Shown here in pieces: positions 20,700 to 34,051 of a DNA stretch of 64,000 nucleotides. Under the pieces are notes generated by a model that had not been told where the DNA came from, ran no database searches, and saw only the letters and a program-made list of their open reading frames with translations. Position 1 is the stretch's first letter, and the number at the start of each line of letters is the position of its first letter. A program made the translations under genes and the position numbers. This DNA comes from Prorocentrum cordatum (taxonomy: Eukaryota): contig CAUYUJ010000314.1 in the NCBI GenBank assembly GCA_963575745.1, positions 496,001 through 560,000 on the forward strand. The letters run 5' to 3'.

Positions 20700-23330
20700 A
20701 TGCCGTGCTGTCTTCGTATGTCTGTGCTGGGTGGCGTCTTTGTATGATCGTCCTTCTTGTCGTCTTCCATGTCGTGGATGTCGTCGAAGTCGCCGTCAAC
20801 GATGCCTGCTAGTTCGTCTTGTAGTCGGCGGAGTTCGTCATTGGCTTGTGCTTGTTGTACTTGCTGTCATTGTAGTTTGTTTCGTTTTCATTTTTCTTCT
20901 CCTGAGCCGTTCCTGATCGATGTGGCGGTCGATCCGTGTGTCTTCGTCTAGGTCCTTGTCGAAGTCGGGTACGGGTAGCTCTTGTCCTCGATGGGGTTCT
21001 CGGATCCTTTTGTCTTATATTTCTTTCGCTTGTCGTAGTAGTGTCATAAGGTTTTCTCTTCTTTGTGCCACGTTCCGGATTGCTCTTGTGCGGTCATATA
21101 TTTTTGCATCATCGTTTGCGGATGTTGCACGTCTGCTTCGGCCCCTTTTTGGTATCGCTCTGCTGTCAGAAGTCGATGCTGGTAGTGATGGTTGGCCGAC
21201 TTGAGTTGCTCTGTCGCACTGGCCATGTTGAGGTGTGTTGCTTGTTGGTTGTTGCAATTGTCGAGTAGGTTGCTCTCGGCTTGTTGAAGTCGTTGGGTTG
21301 CCAGTGCTGGTTCTTGTGCTGCTGTAACCTCCTGGTCGAATGCTGCTTGTGCCTGGGCCCGCTGCGCTACGTAGGCTGCGCATTGTTCTTCGTGGCTGTG
21401 ATGCTGTTGCGCATACCATCTGGTTTGTAGTATTTCTGGTGTGCGCCCCTGATCTAGTGATTGTATCTTCTGTTCTGCCACCATCAGGTATGGGGCGTTG
21501 TTTTGAGCAATGTCTGATTGCTGGTGTTTGTAGTGTTGGTGAATCTGCTGGACGGAGTGTTGCATGCGCTCCTCTGTAACTTGTGCCGATCTGGGAATGT
21601 ATTGTGCGCTGTTGGTGGTGGCTGCTCTTGGTTGCCATTCAGGTGCTGCTTGTCTTTCACTTAGTTCGGGTCGTAGCCCAGCAGCTGTCGCTTGAGACTC
21701 TTCTTCTTCTTCTTGCCTTTCCTGGGCGATGTGCGTGGCATCGAACTGGCAGTTCTGTGCGCGAAATTGGTGGACTTGCGTATAATATCTGATCGCTTGT
21801 GCTGTCAGGCTCTCAATGTGCTGGTGTATGTGCTCGGTGTGTGTTGTTGTGTGTTCTGCTTGACATTGTGTTGCTTCCTCGGGTTGTTCTACCGTCGTCT
21901 TGCTGGCTTGCATGCATAGCTCTGCTTGTCGCAGTTCTCGCGCATGCTCTCGAGTCTCGTGGTAGTCGTCGGACAAGTGGTCGCTCACTGCTTGTAGCTG
22001 CTGTGTGGTATCCCCTGCTGCTTGTAGTCGTTGATGTAGCTTGGAATCCTTGTTTCTGTCTGGTTGTGCCGCTCTGAGCCCTTCAATGCTCTATGCTTGA
22101 GTAGTGTTTTGAGCTGCTGTGTCTTGTCGTCCTTGTCGACGTTGGTGGTGCTTTCAGTGGGACCAACGGTGTTCGTTCTCGTGGGCATGCGTTGAGCTGC
22201 ACGTCCCGTGCACGAGGTGAAGGCGCTTGTGGGCTGGGCGTGTGTTGTCTGTGATGGGCCAACTCTTTTTCCAGCTTTGCGTACATCTTGGTATTGTGTA
22301 TGTTGTCGTCGTGTTGTTGCTGTGCTTGCTTTAGGCTGGCTGCTGAGATCCTGGCGCATGCTGCGTAGTCGTCCTTGAGCTTGCGTATGTATTGTAGTCT
22401 GTCGGCTTCTGGCTTCTGGTCGAGTGACTGTCTTCTTACACTTGCCAGCTCATGTCGTAGATATCCTGCTTCTTGACCTGCGCTCCCCACTGCCAGTATT
22501 TGTGTGGCAAGCTTCCTGATGTTGGCGGTCTTAGATGTGTTGCAGGCCCCCGCTTCCAGGGGGGTGGCATAAGGTTTGACTTTGTGCTTCACGGTGTCGT
22601 GGTATGCTTCTGGTATGCTGCCGATCAGTGTCTAGCACTCCCTCGTCGATTATGCTGTGAGGTCTGGGTTGCTGCCGAAGCTTGGTTGTGGTACGTAGTC
22701 TTTTTTGCTTGTTGTGTGTGGTCGGTAGTTGGTTTGCCTTTGGTCTTGGTGTAGTCGTTCGCGGCTGTTTGGGAGCGTGTGGCTGTTGAGTCCAGTATGG
22801 TGTCGCTGAAGCTGTTTGGTAGTAGTTGTTATATTTTTGCTGTTGGTAAGGTGATTGTGCTGAATAGTAGGTCGGAGCCTGTTGGGCTGGATTGGCGTAT
22901 CCGCTGTTGCCCACTGGCTGCCAGGTTGGTCCTTTGCCTTTGCCGTATGGTTGTTGCTGTTGGTACTTCTCGTTGCTTTTGCCTTTGGCTTGTGGGGGGC
23001 TTGTATGCGGCCGTACATTGTGTCGGACGTCTGTCTTGGTGGCTGTTGTGCGCTGTGGTGCCGGTTGGATAGAAGCTGTGCTTTTTGTAGTTGTTGGTTG
23101 GTAGGTTGGTCGAGCAGTGAACGTGTGGATGCTACTCGCAGCAGTGTGCGTGCCGCTGCACGCTTTTGTCATTCCATCTTATGCCAAGCAGTGTCGAGAT
23201 AAGTAGTCGAAGTCGTGTTGGAGGTGGCGTCTTGGCCAAAATGGCCCTGCTAGTGGAGCTAGTGTGCTGGTTATTGTGCGTAGGACGTTGATGTCGAAGC
23301 CGTGAGCCCGCAGTGCTGGCGTGGTGCACC
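20700..23330 (-). pseudogene. Decayed coding relic, possibly retroelement ORF1-like (Q/A/E-rich coiled-coil fragments, GKGKG patch)
   Basis: Consecutive broken minus-strand frames (22531-23172, 22083-22592, 21044-21988) with A/C-rich sense strand like the LINE downstream; no catalytic motif seen. Confidence 0.3.
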
Positions 23331-23594
23331 GTAACGCAAGAGAGACAAAGACGAATCTCCCTCCCCCGGAGTGCTCTCCTGCCGAGCTGGAAATTTTGGA
23401 TCTGCGACCCAGTCTCACTCTCCCTGTGTGATCATTTTTCCTCCCTCCTCTTCCTCCCTCGCCATCCCTGCCAGTGCGTAGACTACTGGCGACTTGCTGT
23501 GCCGTCACACGAGTCCTTGTGGAATGGTGTTGGAGGTGCATGGGGATTGGGAGGGATCTGGATCTCACACATCCTTGGCAATCCAAAAAAACAT

Positions 23595-24190
<596 letters not shown>

Positions 24191-27100
24191 CAGTGGGCGG
24201 ACAAAATATCGCAAGTAATATGATCGTTCCGAGAAACAAGGTGACAATTTTGATCATATTCCATCGATATCCGAGGAGCTCCCCTTCCCCCGTATTTCAA
24301 TGTTGACTTGCATTATTTTGTCCTCCCGGACTTGGGGTGCTCGCTCGATGCCAACATTGAAGTTTAGGGGGCGGGGGCGTTTTGTCGAGGTGGCGTCGCA
24401 ATGTCGGCGCGGCCGTACGCGGCCAGGAGCAACTTGCAACATTTCGTCGTGCCACCGATGGAAGCACAGACTTTTCTATGACTCGAAGTGCACGGCATCT
24501 AACAATCATGCACCTCGTCAGCCCCAGTTCCCAGCACTCGAAGTCCTTGTCGCCAGCGCTGCGCCGGGCGTACTCCAGCAAGAAGCGCTTCCCGGTTCTG
24601 GGGGGCAGCGACTCCTTCGGGGCGCAGGAGCGCAGCGCAGACCAAGTTCGACAACTCCATCGAGGCGCTGCCTTTTTCCGAGGCGCTCGCCAGACATCAG
24701 CCCGTTTAATTGCGGCTTCTGGGGTTGCGTCAACCGCCGCCTCCGCAAGCAGCAGGAGGCCCTCGTGCTCGCCTGGTAAGAGGAAAGCCAGGGCCCATTT
24801 CGCGGCGCGCCTCAGGCGGGCTCTCCAGCGCGTGCCCGAGGCCATCTTGACTCCTCTGGTGAAGTCCATGGGCCGGCGCTGCAAGGCCCTCCAGCGCGTA
24901 AAGGGGAAGGACTTCGAGGAGCGATGCCCTGCGCGCCCCGCGCGGCTGCCGACGCCGCGAACACGCGGCCTTCCGCTGGCGGCCCGCCGCCGAGGACACG
25001 GGGAACATGCGAAGTTCATGCCCAGTCGCCGCGGTGGGGCGCCGGGACTTCGGGCCAGCCGCCCACCAGCCGTATGAGTGTAATTTCTTGAGTTGTATTT
25101 TTCCCGACTGGCAGCCGATCTTGACGCGCGCTCGCAATGGCCTTCCCGGAGTAAACATCCTGTCGCAGGGCCCTTTTGCCCATCTAAGCGCTGGCGTGCT
25201 CAGCCGAGGCCTGTCGGCTCATCCGCGGTGGGCGCCCGACGGGCATGAGTTGGTGCGGAGTGACGTTGACCTCCTGTCAGCTATTTCCAGGCCGGCGCCA
25301 GGGCCGCGCTCGGGCTGCGCCTGGAGCGCGAGCGGCCGCCCCTGGGCCGCGCGGCGGACTTGCGCGGGCTCGGCGCGGCAGGCTCTGCCTGGGCGATGCT
25401 GGCGCGTGGCCTGCTCAGAGCAGCGGGCGGCGACAGGGCGGCCCCGCGCCCGCCGCGCTTGCATTTGCCTCATTTGAAAACTCCAGTGCTATTTGAATAC
25501 CTATTTGAATACCTATTTGAATACCTATATGAAAACTGCAGCTATATGGGGATTTGCATTTGCTACGCGCGAATAGTAGAGTTAAAAAGAATGTATTTTC
25601 TTTCTTTCTATTTTCAAGTTTCAAATCGGTTCCCCCCCCATATAACTGAGGTTTTCAAATAGGTATTCAAATAGGTATTCAAATAGGTATTCAAATAGTA
25701 TTCCAATGTACTGGGAGTATTCAAATAGGCCAGATGCAGGCGCCGCGCGCGCCCCGCCACCCCGTCGTCGCCTGGCGCGCCCTGCCCCGCTGCGCGGCCG
25801 CGTGCCAGCACCGGGCGACGTTCGGCACAAAGCCTGGGCAGTGCCCAGCGCAGCCAAGGGTACGCCTGGCGATGCGATCGCAGCGAGGGCCGCGCATGTC
25901 CTCGTCGCGGCCCACGATCGGCCTGGCGCGGGCCAGGCGCGACGCGGGCTCGGCGCTGCTCGCCGGGCGAAGGCGAAGCCCAATATATTGTTCTGTTTTG
26001 CTTGCGCAGCGGAGGCAGCCCAGCGCAGCCCAGCTCAGGTCTGCGCGGCCCAATCCACCCGAGCTCAATATATTGCAGTCCCGTCCAGGTCAGCCCTGCG
26101 CAGGTGCGCCCAGGTCAGCCCAACTCGAACCAGCTGGATCCAGCTCAGACATCAGCGAGGCGTGAACCCTTCGGTCCAGTGGCGGCTCGGCTCCGGCTCG
26201 CACCCTGGTCGAAGCTCGGCAGTCGACCTTCGACCGAACGTCGACCCTGTACCCTTGATCATCCTCGCCATCATCCTTCCCCCAGTTCTCCGAGTCCCCC
26301 GCCCTCCGCGTCAGCCTTCACCCTGCAGGGGGATGACAAACGCAGTGGGCGGACAAAATATCGCAAGTTATATGATCGTTCCGAGAAACAAGATGACAAT
26401 TTTGATCATATTCCATCGATATCCGAGGAGCTCCCCTTCCCCCGTATTTCAATGTTGACTTGCATTATTTTGTCCTCCCGGACTTGGGGTGCTCGCTCGA
26501 TGCCAACATTGAAATTTAGGGGGCGGGGGCGTTTTGTCGAGGTGGCGTCGCAATGTCGGCGCGGCCGTACGCGGCCAGGAGCAACTTGCAACATTTCGTC
26601 GTCCCACCGATGGAAGCACAGACTTTTCTATGACTCGAAGTGCACGGCATCTAACAATCATGCACCTCGTCAGCCCCAGTTCCCAGCACTCGAAGTCCTT
26701 GTCGCCAGCGCTGCGCCGGGCGTACTCCAGCAAGAAGCGCTTCCCGGTTCTGGGGGGCAGCGACTCCTTCGGGGCGCAGGAGCGCAGCGCAGACCAAGTT
26801 CGACAACTCCATCGAGGCGCTGCCTTTTTCCGAGGCGCTCGCCAGACATCAGCCCGTTTAATTGCGGCTTCTGGGGTTGCGTCAACCGCCGCCTCCGCAA
26901 GCAGCAGGAGGCCCTCGTGCTCGCCTGGTAAGAGGAAAGCCAGGGCCCATTTCGCGGCGCGCCTCAGGCGGGCTCTCCAGCGCGTGCCCGAGGCCATCTT
27001 GACTCCTCTGGTGAAGTCCATGGGCCGGCGCTGCAAGGCCCTCCAGCGCGTAAAGGGGAAGGACTTCGAGGAGCGATGCCCTGCGCGCCCCGCGCGGCTG

Positions 27101-28759
27101 CCGACGCCGCGAACACGCGGCCTTCCCCTGGCGGCCCGCCGCCGAGGACACGGGGAACATGCGAAGTTCATGCCCAGTCGCCGCGGTGGGGCGCCGGGAC
27201 TTCGGGCCAGCCGCCCACCAGCCGATGAGTGTAATTTCTTGAGTTGTATTTTTCCCGACTGGCAGCCGATCTTGACGCGCGCTCGCAATGGCCTTCCCGG
27301 AGTAAACATCCTGTCGCAGGGCCCTTTTGCCCATCTAAGCGCTGGCGTGCTCAGCCGAGGCCTGTCGGCTCATCCGCGGTGGGCGCCCGACGGGCATGAG
27401 TTGGTGCGGAGTGACGTTGACCTCCTGTCAGCTATTTCCAGGCCGGCGCCAGGGCCGCGCTCGGGCTGCGCCTGGAGCGCGAGCGGCCGCCCCTGGGCCG
27501 CGCGGCGGACTTGCGCGGGCTCGGCGCGGCAGGCTCTGCCTGGGCGATGCTGGCGCGTGGCCTGCTCAGAGCAGCGGGCGGCGACAGGGCGGCCCCGCGC
27601 CCGCCGCGCTTGCATTTGCCTCATTTGAAAACTCCAGTGCTATTTGAATACCTATTTGAATACCTATTTGAATACCTATATGAAAACTGCAGCTATATGG
27701 GGATTTGCATTTGCTACGCGCGAATAGTAGAGTTAAAAAGAATGTATTTTCTTTCTTTCTATTTTCAAGTTTCAAATCGGTTCCCCCCCATATAACTGAG
27801 GTTTTCAAATAGGTATTCAAATAGGTATTCAAATAGGTATTCAAATAGTATTCCAATGTACTGGGAGTATTCAAATAGGCCAGATGCAGGCGCCGCGCGC
27901 GCCCCGCCACCCCGTCGTCGCCTGGCGCGCCCTGCCCCGCTGCGCGGCCGCGTGCCAGCACCGGGCGACGTTCGGCACAAAGCCTGGGCAGTGCCCAGCG
28001 CAGCCAAGGGTGCGCCTGGCGATGCGATCGCAGCGAGGGCCGCGCATGTCCTCGTCGCGGCCCACGATCGGCCTGGCGCGGGCCAGGCGCGACGCGGGCT
28101 CGGCGCTGCTCGCCGGGCGAAGGCGAAGCCCAATATATTGTTCTGTTTTGCTTGCGCAGCGGAGGCAGCCCAGCGCAGCCCAGCTCAGGTCTGCGCGGCC
28201 CAATCCACCCGAGCTCAATATATTGCAGTCCCGTCCAGGTCAGCCCTGCGCAGGTGCGCCCAGGTCAGCCCAACTCGAACCAGCTGGGTCCAGCTCAGAC
28301 ATCAGCGAGGCGTGAACCCTTCGGTCCAGTGGCGGCTCGGCTCCGGCTCGCACCCTGTTCGAAGCTCGGCAGTCGACCTTCGACCGAACGTCGACCCTGT
28401 ACCCTTGATCATCCTCGCCATCATCCTTCCCCCAGTTCTCCGAGTCCCCCGCCCTCCGCGTCAGCCTTCACCCTGCAGGGGGATGACAAACGCAGTGGGC
28501 GGACAAAATATCGCAAGTAATATGATCGTTCCGAGAAACAAGGTGACAATTTTGATCATATTCCATCGATATCCGAGGAGCTCCCCTTCCCCCGTATTTC
28601 AATGTTGACTTGCATTATTTTGTCCTCCCGGACTTGGGGTGCTCGCTCGATGCCAACATTGAAATTTAGGGGGCGGGGGCGTTTTGTCGAGGTGGCGTCG
28701 CAATGTCGGCGCGGCCGTACGCGGCCAGGAGCAACTTGCAACATTTCGTCGTGCCACCG
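24191..28759. repeat. Head-to-tail ~2.15-kb tandem repeat, 2.1 near-identical copies
   Basis: CAGTGGGCGGACAAAATATCGCAAG starts at 24191, 26343 and 28493; duplicated ORFs in the track; bounded on both sides by (CTA)n. Confidence 0.95.
25459..25740. repeat. Imperfect palindrome with inverted 12-mer arrays around an AT-rich spacer (second copy ~27610-27890)
   Basis: (TATTTGAATACC)x3...TATATGGGG, ~80-bp AT-rich spacer, CCCCATATA...(GGTATTCAAATA)x3. Confidence 0.9.
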
Positions 28760-29913
<1,154 letters not shown>

Positions 29914-29948
29914 GGTCAGAGGCTGTTCGGTAGCCTGTGTGTTTTCGC
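29914..29948 (+). repeat. Left terminal inverted repeat
   Basis: GGTCAGAGGCTGTTCGGTAGCCTGTGTGTTTTCGC. Confidence 0.9.
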
Positions 29949-30169
29949 ATATGCAGTAAGCGAATGCCCGCGCAGCGACGACGACGACGATGACTGTGGC
30001 AGCGGTGATGATAGAGCGTGTTTTGAGGCAGTCATGTCCCCATCGGGTCTCGCAGTCATCTCTTATGCGCTCCACACTGGTCAGCGTGAGTACCCACGCT
30101 GCACCCTTACACTGAAAAAAGCGACAGCCCCAAACTTTGCGTTTGAAGCAGCTTCGCCAGCGCCTGAAC

Positions 30170-31555
30170 TCAGCGGCCCAGCAGCTTGGCCAATGACTTG
30201 AGCGCGCCCTCAGACGTCGTCTCCGAGTGGCGCTTGTTGTACCGATACAGCCACGACCAAACGCGGTCGCGAATGTCCTCGTCAAGCACGCGGTGCACCG
30301 AGCCCTTGACCGAGCGCTTCTTCGCGTGCGTGATGGGGATCGCCTTGTCGAGCTCACGCCAGGCCCTGTCGATGCACTGCGTGCCCGCCAGCGTGGCCAA
30401 TTTCTTAGCATTGCGGCTCCTCCCGCGCACGGCCTTGGTGAACTGGTTGTTCTTGTGCGACACCTGGTGCACCCTGAACTTCTTCTCCCTGTACTTGGTG
30501 GACGCGAGTTTGGGCCACGCCTTGTTGCCGTCGGTGTGGACGTTGGACTTCGGGGCGATTCTGTCGAGCAGGGAAGTCGCCAAGACGCCCTGGTACGACT
30601 CGGGAGGCGGGCGCGCCCTCGGTGGGACAAGCTTGTGGAACGGCAGGAAAGACAGGTATAGCTTGCCCATGCCCCGCTGGATCGCGCCAGCGACTTGCAC
30701 GTGCAGCTGGAAGTAGCTCGGGGGCTTCCTGACGTATTTGTCCTGAATCAGGTGCTGGTAAGACTCGTTCTTCGGCGACACGTGGATCTTCGCGACCTGG
30801 TGGGCGTCCAACTCCACGTCGCCCCCGATCGTGCCTCTCCGATTCAGCAGCTGGCCCTGCCTCGCCTCTGCGTCGCGACACATCTTCGCGAACCGCCGGG
30901 CAATGAACTTGCCGCACCCCGCGTGGGCCGCGAGGGCGCTGGGGCCAGGCGGGGCGATGCGGTCATGGCGGGAGTACTCCTTCAGCAGCGCCAGCGCCTG
31001 CTGCGGCAGCAGCCGCATCTGCTTGAAAGGCGTCAGCTGCATGACGTAGAAGCGCCTGTTGCAGCTCCACGCGTTGCACCGGTAGAACGCGCGCTCCGAG
31101 CCCCCGATGCGCTGCTGGTGCAGGTGCGCTGACAATGCCACTCCACAGCACGGGCACTTCTTCGGAATCTTGATGATGCCACAGTCCTTCAGCTGGCGTA
31201 CGGCGCTGTCCAGCGCGACGGCGTCGTTCTTGATGAAGAGCTCCTTGCGCCCGCTCGCCCCGCGAACCAGCTGGTTGGTCACCTTCCTCTTCGCAGCCTG
31301 CTTGGTGCTCACTGCAGGGTTCGGGGTGTACGCCTTGCGCCGCTTCTTCACAGCTGCGGCGCCCGTCGTCCGAACGCCCATGCGCGGCTTGGTCCTCCTC
31401 TGTCCTGCCCGCAGCTTCAAGACAGCAAGTAACTCTCGAATCTTATTCGCGCCCGTCGCCTTGCACGTGGCCACGGTGTGCCCCGTCTTGCCGCAGCAAG
31501 TGCAGCGCCTGCACGCGCGCGCCGCGGGCGCTGGCGACCCGCGCCGCAGGCCCAT
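30170..31555 (-). CDS. Merlin/IS1595(ISXO2)-like transposase with N-terminal CCHC zinc knuckle, 461 aa
   Basis: CTCCGKTGHTVATC knuckle; zinc ribbon CPCC...YRCNAWSC; catalytic motifs GGDVELDA, VHTDGNKAW, VSHKNNQF and GTQCIDRAW correspond to IS1595-family VEIDE, TDG..AY, VNH...F and TN.IE..W. First ATG at 31555. Confidence 0.85.
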   Translation of the reverse strand: MGLRRGSPAPAARACRRCTCCGKTGHTVATCKATGANKIRELLAVLKLRAGQRRTKPRMGVRTTGAAAVKKRRKAYTPNPAVSTKQAAKRKVTNQLVRGASGRKELFIKNDAVALDSAVRQLKDCGIIKIPKKCPCCGVALSAHLHQQRIGGSERAFYRCNAWSCNRRFYVMQLTPFKQMRLLPQQALALLKEYSRHDRIAPPGPSALAAHAGCGKFIARRFAKMCRDAEARQGQLLNRRGTIGGDVELDAHQVAKIHVSPKNESYQHLIQDKYVRKPPSYFQLHVQVAGAIQRGMGKLYLSFLPFHKLVPPRARPPPESYQGVLATSLLDRIAPKSNVHTDGNKAWPKLASTKYREKKFRVHQVSHKNNQFTKAVRGRSRNAKKLATLAGTQCIDRAWRELDKAIPITHAKKRSVKGSVHRVLDEDIRDRVWSWLYRYNKRHSETTSEGALKSLAKLLGR

Positions 31556-31605
31556 CGGGGCGCCAGGTGAGCGGGCGCAGCCCACGAGCGCTGACCTCGA
31601 ACGAG

Positions 31606-31627
31606 CTCGAGCCAAAACGGCTGCGGG
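31606..31627 (-). other. DinoSL relic upstream of the transposase
   Basis: Minus strand CCCGCAGCCGTTTTGGCTCGAG matches DinoSL at 18/22, 50 nt before the ATG. Confidence 0.75.
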
Positions 31628-31932
31628 AAGCAACAGGGGTGCCGAGGCAATGGCATGGCTTAGCAGCAGCGGCAAAACATCCCAAGCTTTTCAACCTCGG
31701 AGGCCCCGTCCCCGCAGACATCACAGACGTCCGAGCACACGTTCGGGCGCCTATACATCTCTTATGCAAGCAGCTCTGGCAAGCATGGATACCCACGCCG
31801 CAGCGCCCAGACCGCCCCACCTGGCGAGACGCCCCATCGGGCCCAGGACGCGTGGCCCAGCGGACTTCAGCCCGCCGCGCCACCCTGAACAGGGCGCCCC
31901 GCCCGCTGTCACGGCCTCACTTCTCACTTCGC

Positions 31933-33967
31933 CTAGTCCATGCTGCCGCCGAACCCGAACGCGTCCTCCTCCTCCTCGCCTGCGAACGCTTGCTCGTCTT
32001 CGTCGGCGCCCGCCCTCGCGGCGTTCGCGTCCCTCATGAATGCCTCGCACAGGTCATACATGGAAATCGGGGTCTCCTCGCAATCGTCGACAGAAATCGC
32101 ATGCTCCTTGCTGTCCACGTCGGGCACCGCGATGCACTCTTTGCTCGCGGCGAGGGCCGCCGACCGCTCCAGGAAGACGTCGTTCTCGATGAGGATGGCC
32201 GCGCACGAGGAAGCGCCGTCGCCCACCCTGGACCTCTTGGAAGGAGGCTCGTCCGTCGAGTCCACGTCAATGGGGTTCCGCTTCGTCTGGTCGGCGAGTT
32301 CGGAGTTCATCGTGAAGAAATCCTCCTCCTGCTCGCGCTTCACCTGCACGCGGTGGACCTCTGGGTCGGCGAAGATACTGCCAAAGAGATGCTGCTCCTC
32401 GCTCACCAGCGCGTCCAGCTCGGCAGAGTCGCGAAGTATACCGCGTTCGGTGTAGGCCTCAAGGACGCCCTTCGCTTTCTGGGTGATGTAGGAGCCCTCG
32501 TTCTTGTACGTGACGATCGTGGAGGACGCGTGCAAGCCCCGAGGCCGGACGTGGACGTAGTGCTCGGTGTTCACGATCACATTGGCACGCTTGAAGATGG
32601 CCTCCAGGTCCGCCTCAGAACACGGGGGAAAGCGGGCCTCACCATTTTGATGAAGGCCTCGTTCGTGATGCGGTCCGCTGCGCCCCCTAGGACAGCCCCT
32701 GCCCTGACCTGCCTGCCGTCGAGCGTGACCGTTGGGTCGAGGCTGGCGTCGAACTTGTTATCGGCCATCATCCTGGGTTGGCACTGCACGAACTTACTGG
32801 CGCCCCACCTCTCACGGGTGAGGGACTCCCTGCAGCTGACGTCCAAGAAGCTTTTGAACACCTTCACGGACAGGTCCGACATGTCGCCGTCGTCGAGGCA
32901 GCAGCCGCACCAGCGCTCGCCTGGCTCGTCGCGGTAAAAATCGAGGTCCGTCGCCGTCTTGAACATGGGAACAACGTCGGTGTCGCGGGCACCCTGGTCC
33001 TTTGGAACCTCGAGAGGGCCATCATCAGCACATGCATCAGAGGTGTCTTGCCCATGCCGCCGAGGCCAAGGAATGTGATCGACTTGCGCTTCAGCGACGG
33101 AATCAGCGGCTCTAAGATCTTCTGCGCCCATGGCTCCACGTCGCCCCACGCGATCGGCAGGTACGTGTACTTGCTCGCCGTCACCGACTTGCTCCGCAAC
33201 TGCGCGAGACACTCTCGGATGTCTTTCTTGTCCAAGCACTTGATCTTGCTGCCTGGATCCGCGAGCTCCTGCAGCATCCACCTCGTCTGTTTCAGGTCGG
33301 CGTTGTTGTACGGCGCGTGCGCGCGGATGTAATCGATCGCCACTCCTATTTCGGATTGGCTGACCACCCTGTCGGCCAAGTTTTGGTCGAACGACCACCA
33401 GCGATACTGCAGGCCACCGAGCTTGTCCAACATGAAGTTGAAAGCGAGTGCGCCGACTCTCACCTGATTGCCCCAGTTAGTCTTCATCAATACGCCCTGG
33501 CACACCGCGCCGTACACATCGTACTCCTGCCGATCGTCGAACTTATAGCGCTTGATGATGGTGTACGAGTTCTCGGCGGCGGCCTCCTTGATCATGACGA
33601 TCTGCAACTTGAACGGACACACGACGACGGCCGCCGGCTTCATCTTACCAGGCAGGTTCATGTACATCTGCTGCGCCATGAAGCCTGCGACCTCGTCTGG
33701 GTCGAAGGCGTCGGTGTAGCTTTGGACAACGTCAACGACGTGCGTCATTTTTCCTGAAGATTGGTCCAGAGATGTGAGCGGCAAGTCCATCATGCCTGTG
33801 ACGCCGTTCTCCTGCTTTCCAGAGAAAGCGCACTTCGGCAGCTGCTTAATCTTCAGCCCCTTCACGATGCTGCACGCCATGGCGAACGTGTAACGCGGCT
33901 CGCCCGTCTCCGCCTGCACCTCGAGTTCCTCAGCCAAAGAATTGGGAGCACCCACGACGGCGGCCAT
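31933..33967 (-). CDS. Superfamily 3 helicase-like protein (~678 aa reconstructed), split by two frameshifts (~33000, ~32625)
   Basis: Joins ORFs 32864-33991, 32577-33398 and 31933-32580: Walker A KSITFLGLGGMGKT, Walker B CCLDD, B'-like KSFLDV...ERWGASK, motif C PRMMADN, Arg-finger-like EAIFKR, and an acidic tail. Confidence 0.75.
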
Positions 33968-34029
33968 GGGGGGCGAAAGCTGCAGCGTCAACTCTCGACG
34001 GTGGCGACGTGTGCATGATCATTACGATA

Positions 34030-34051
34030 CTTGAGCCATAACAGCTGCGAC
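34030..34051 (-). other. DinoSL relic upstream of the helicase gene
   Basis: Minus strand GTCGCAGCTGTTATGGCTCAAG matches DinoSL at 17/22 with a perfect 3' TGGCTCAAG, 62 nt before the ATG at 33967. Confidence 0.65.

Noticed and set aside
31567..32937. 456-aa plus-strand ORF and similar antisense ORFs over the transposon genes
   Set aside because: Shadow frames of GC3-rich minus-strand coding sequence with no motifs.
31933..33967. Endogenous CRESS DNA virus genome
   Set aside because: No recognisable HUH motifs, capsid gene or nonanucleotide stem-loop; the gene lies within transposon TIRs.
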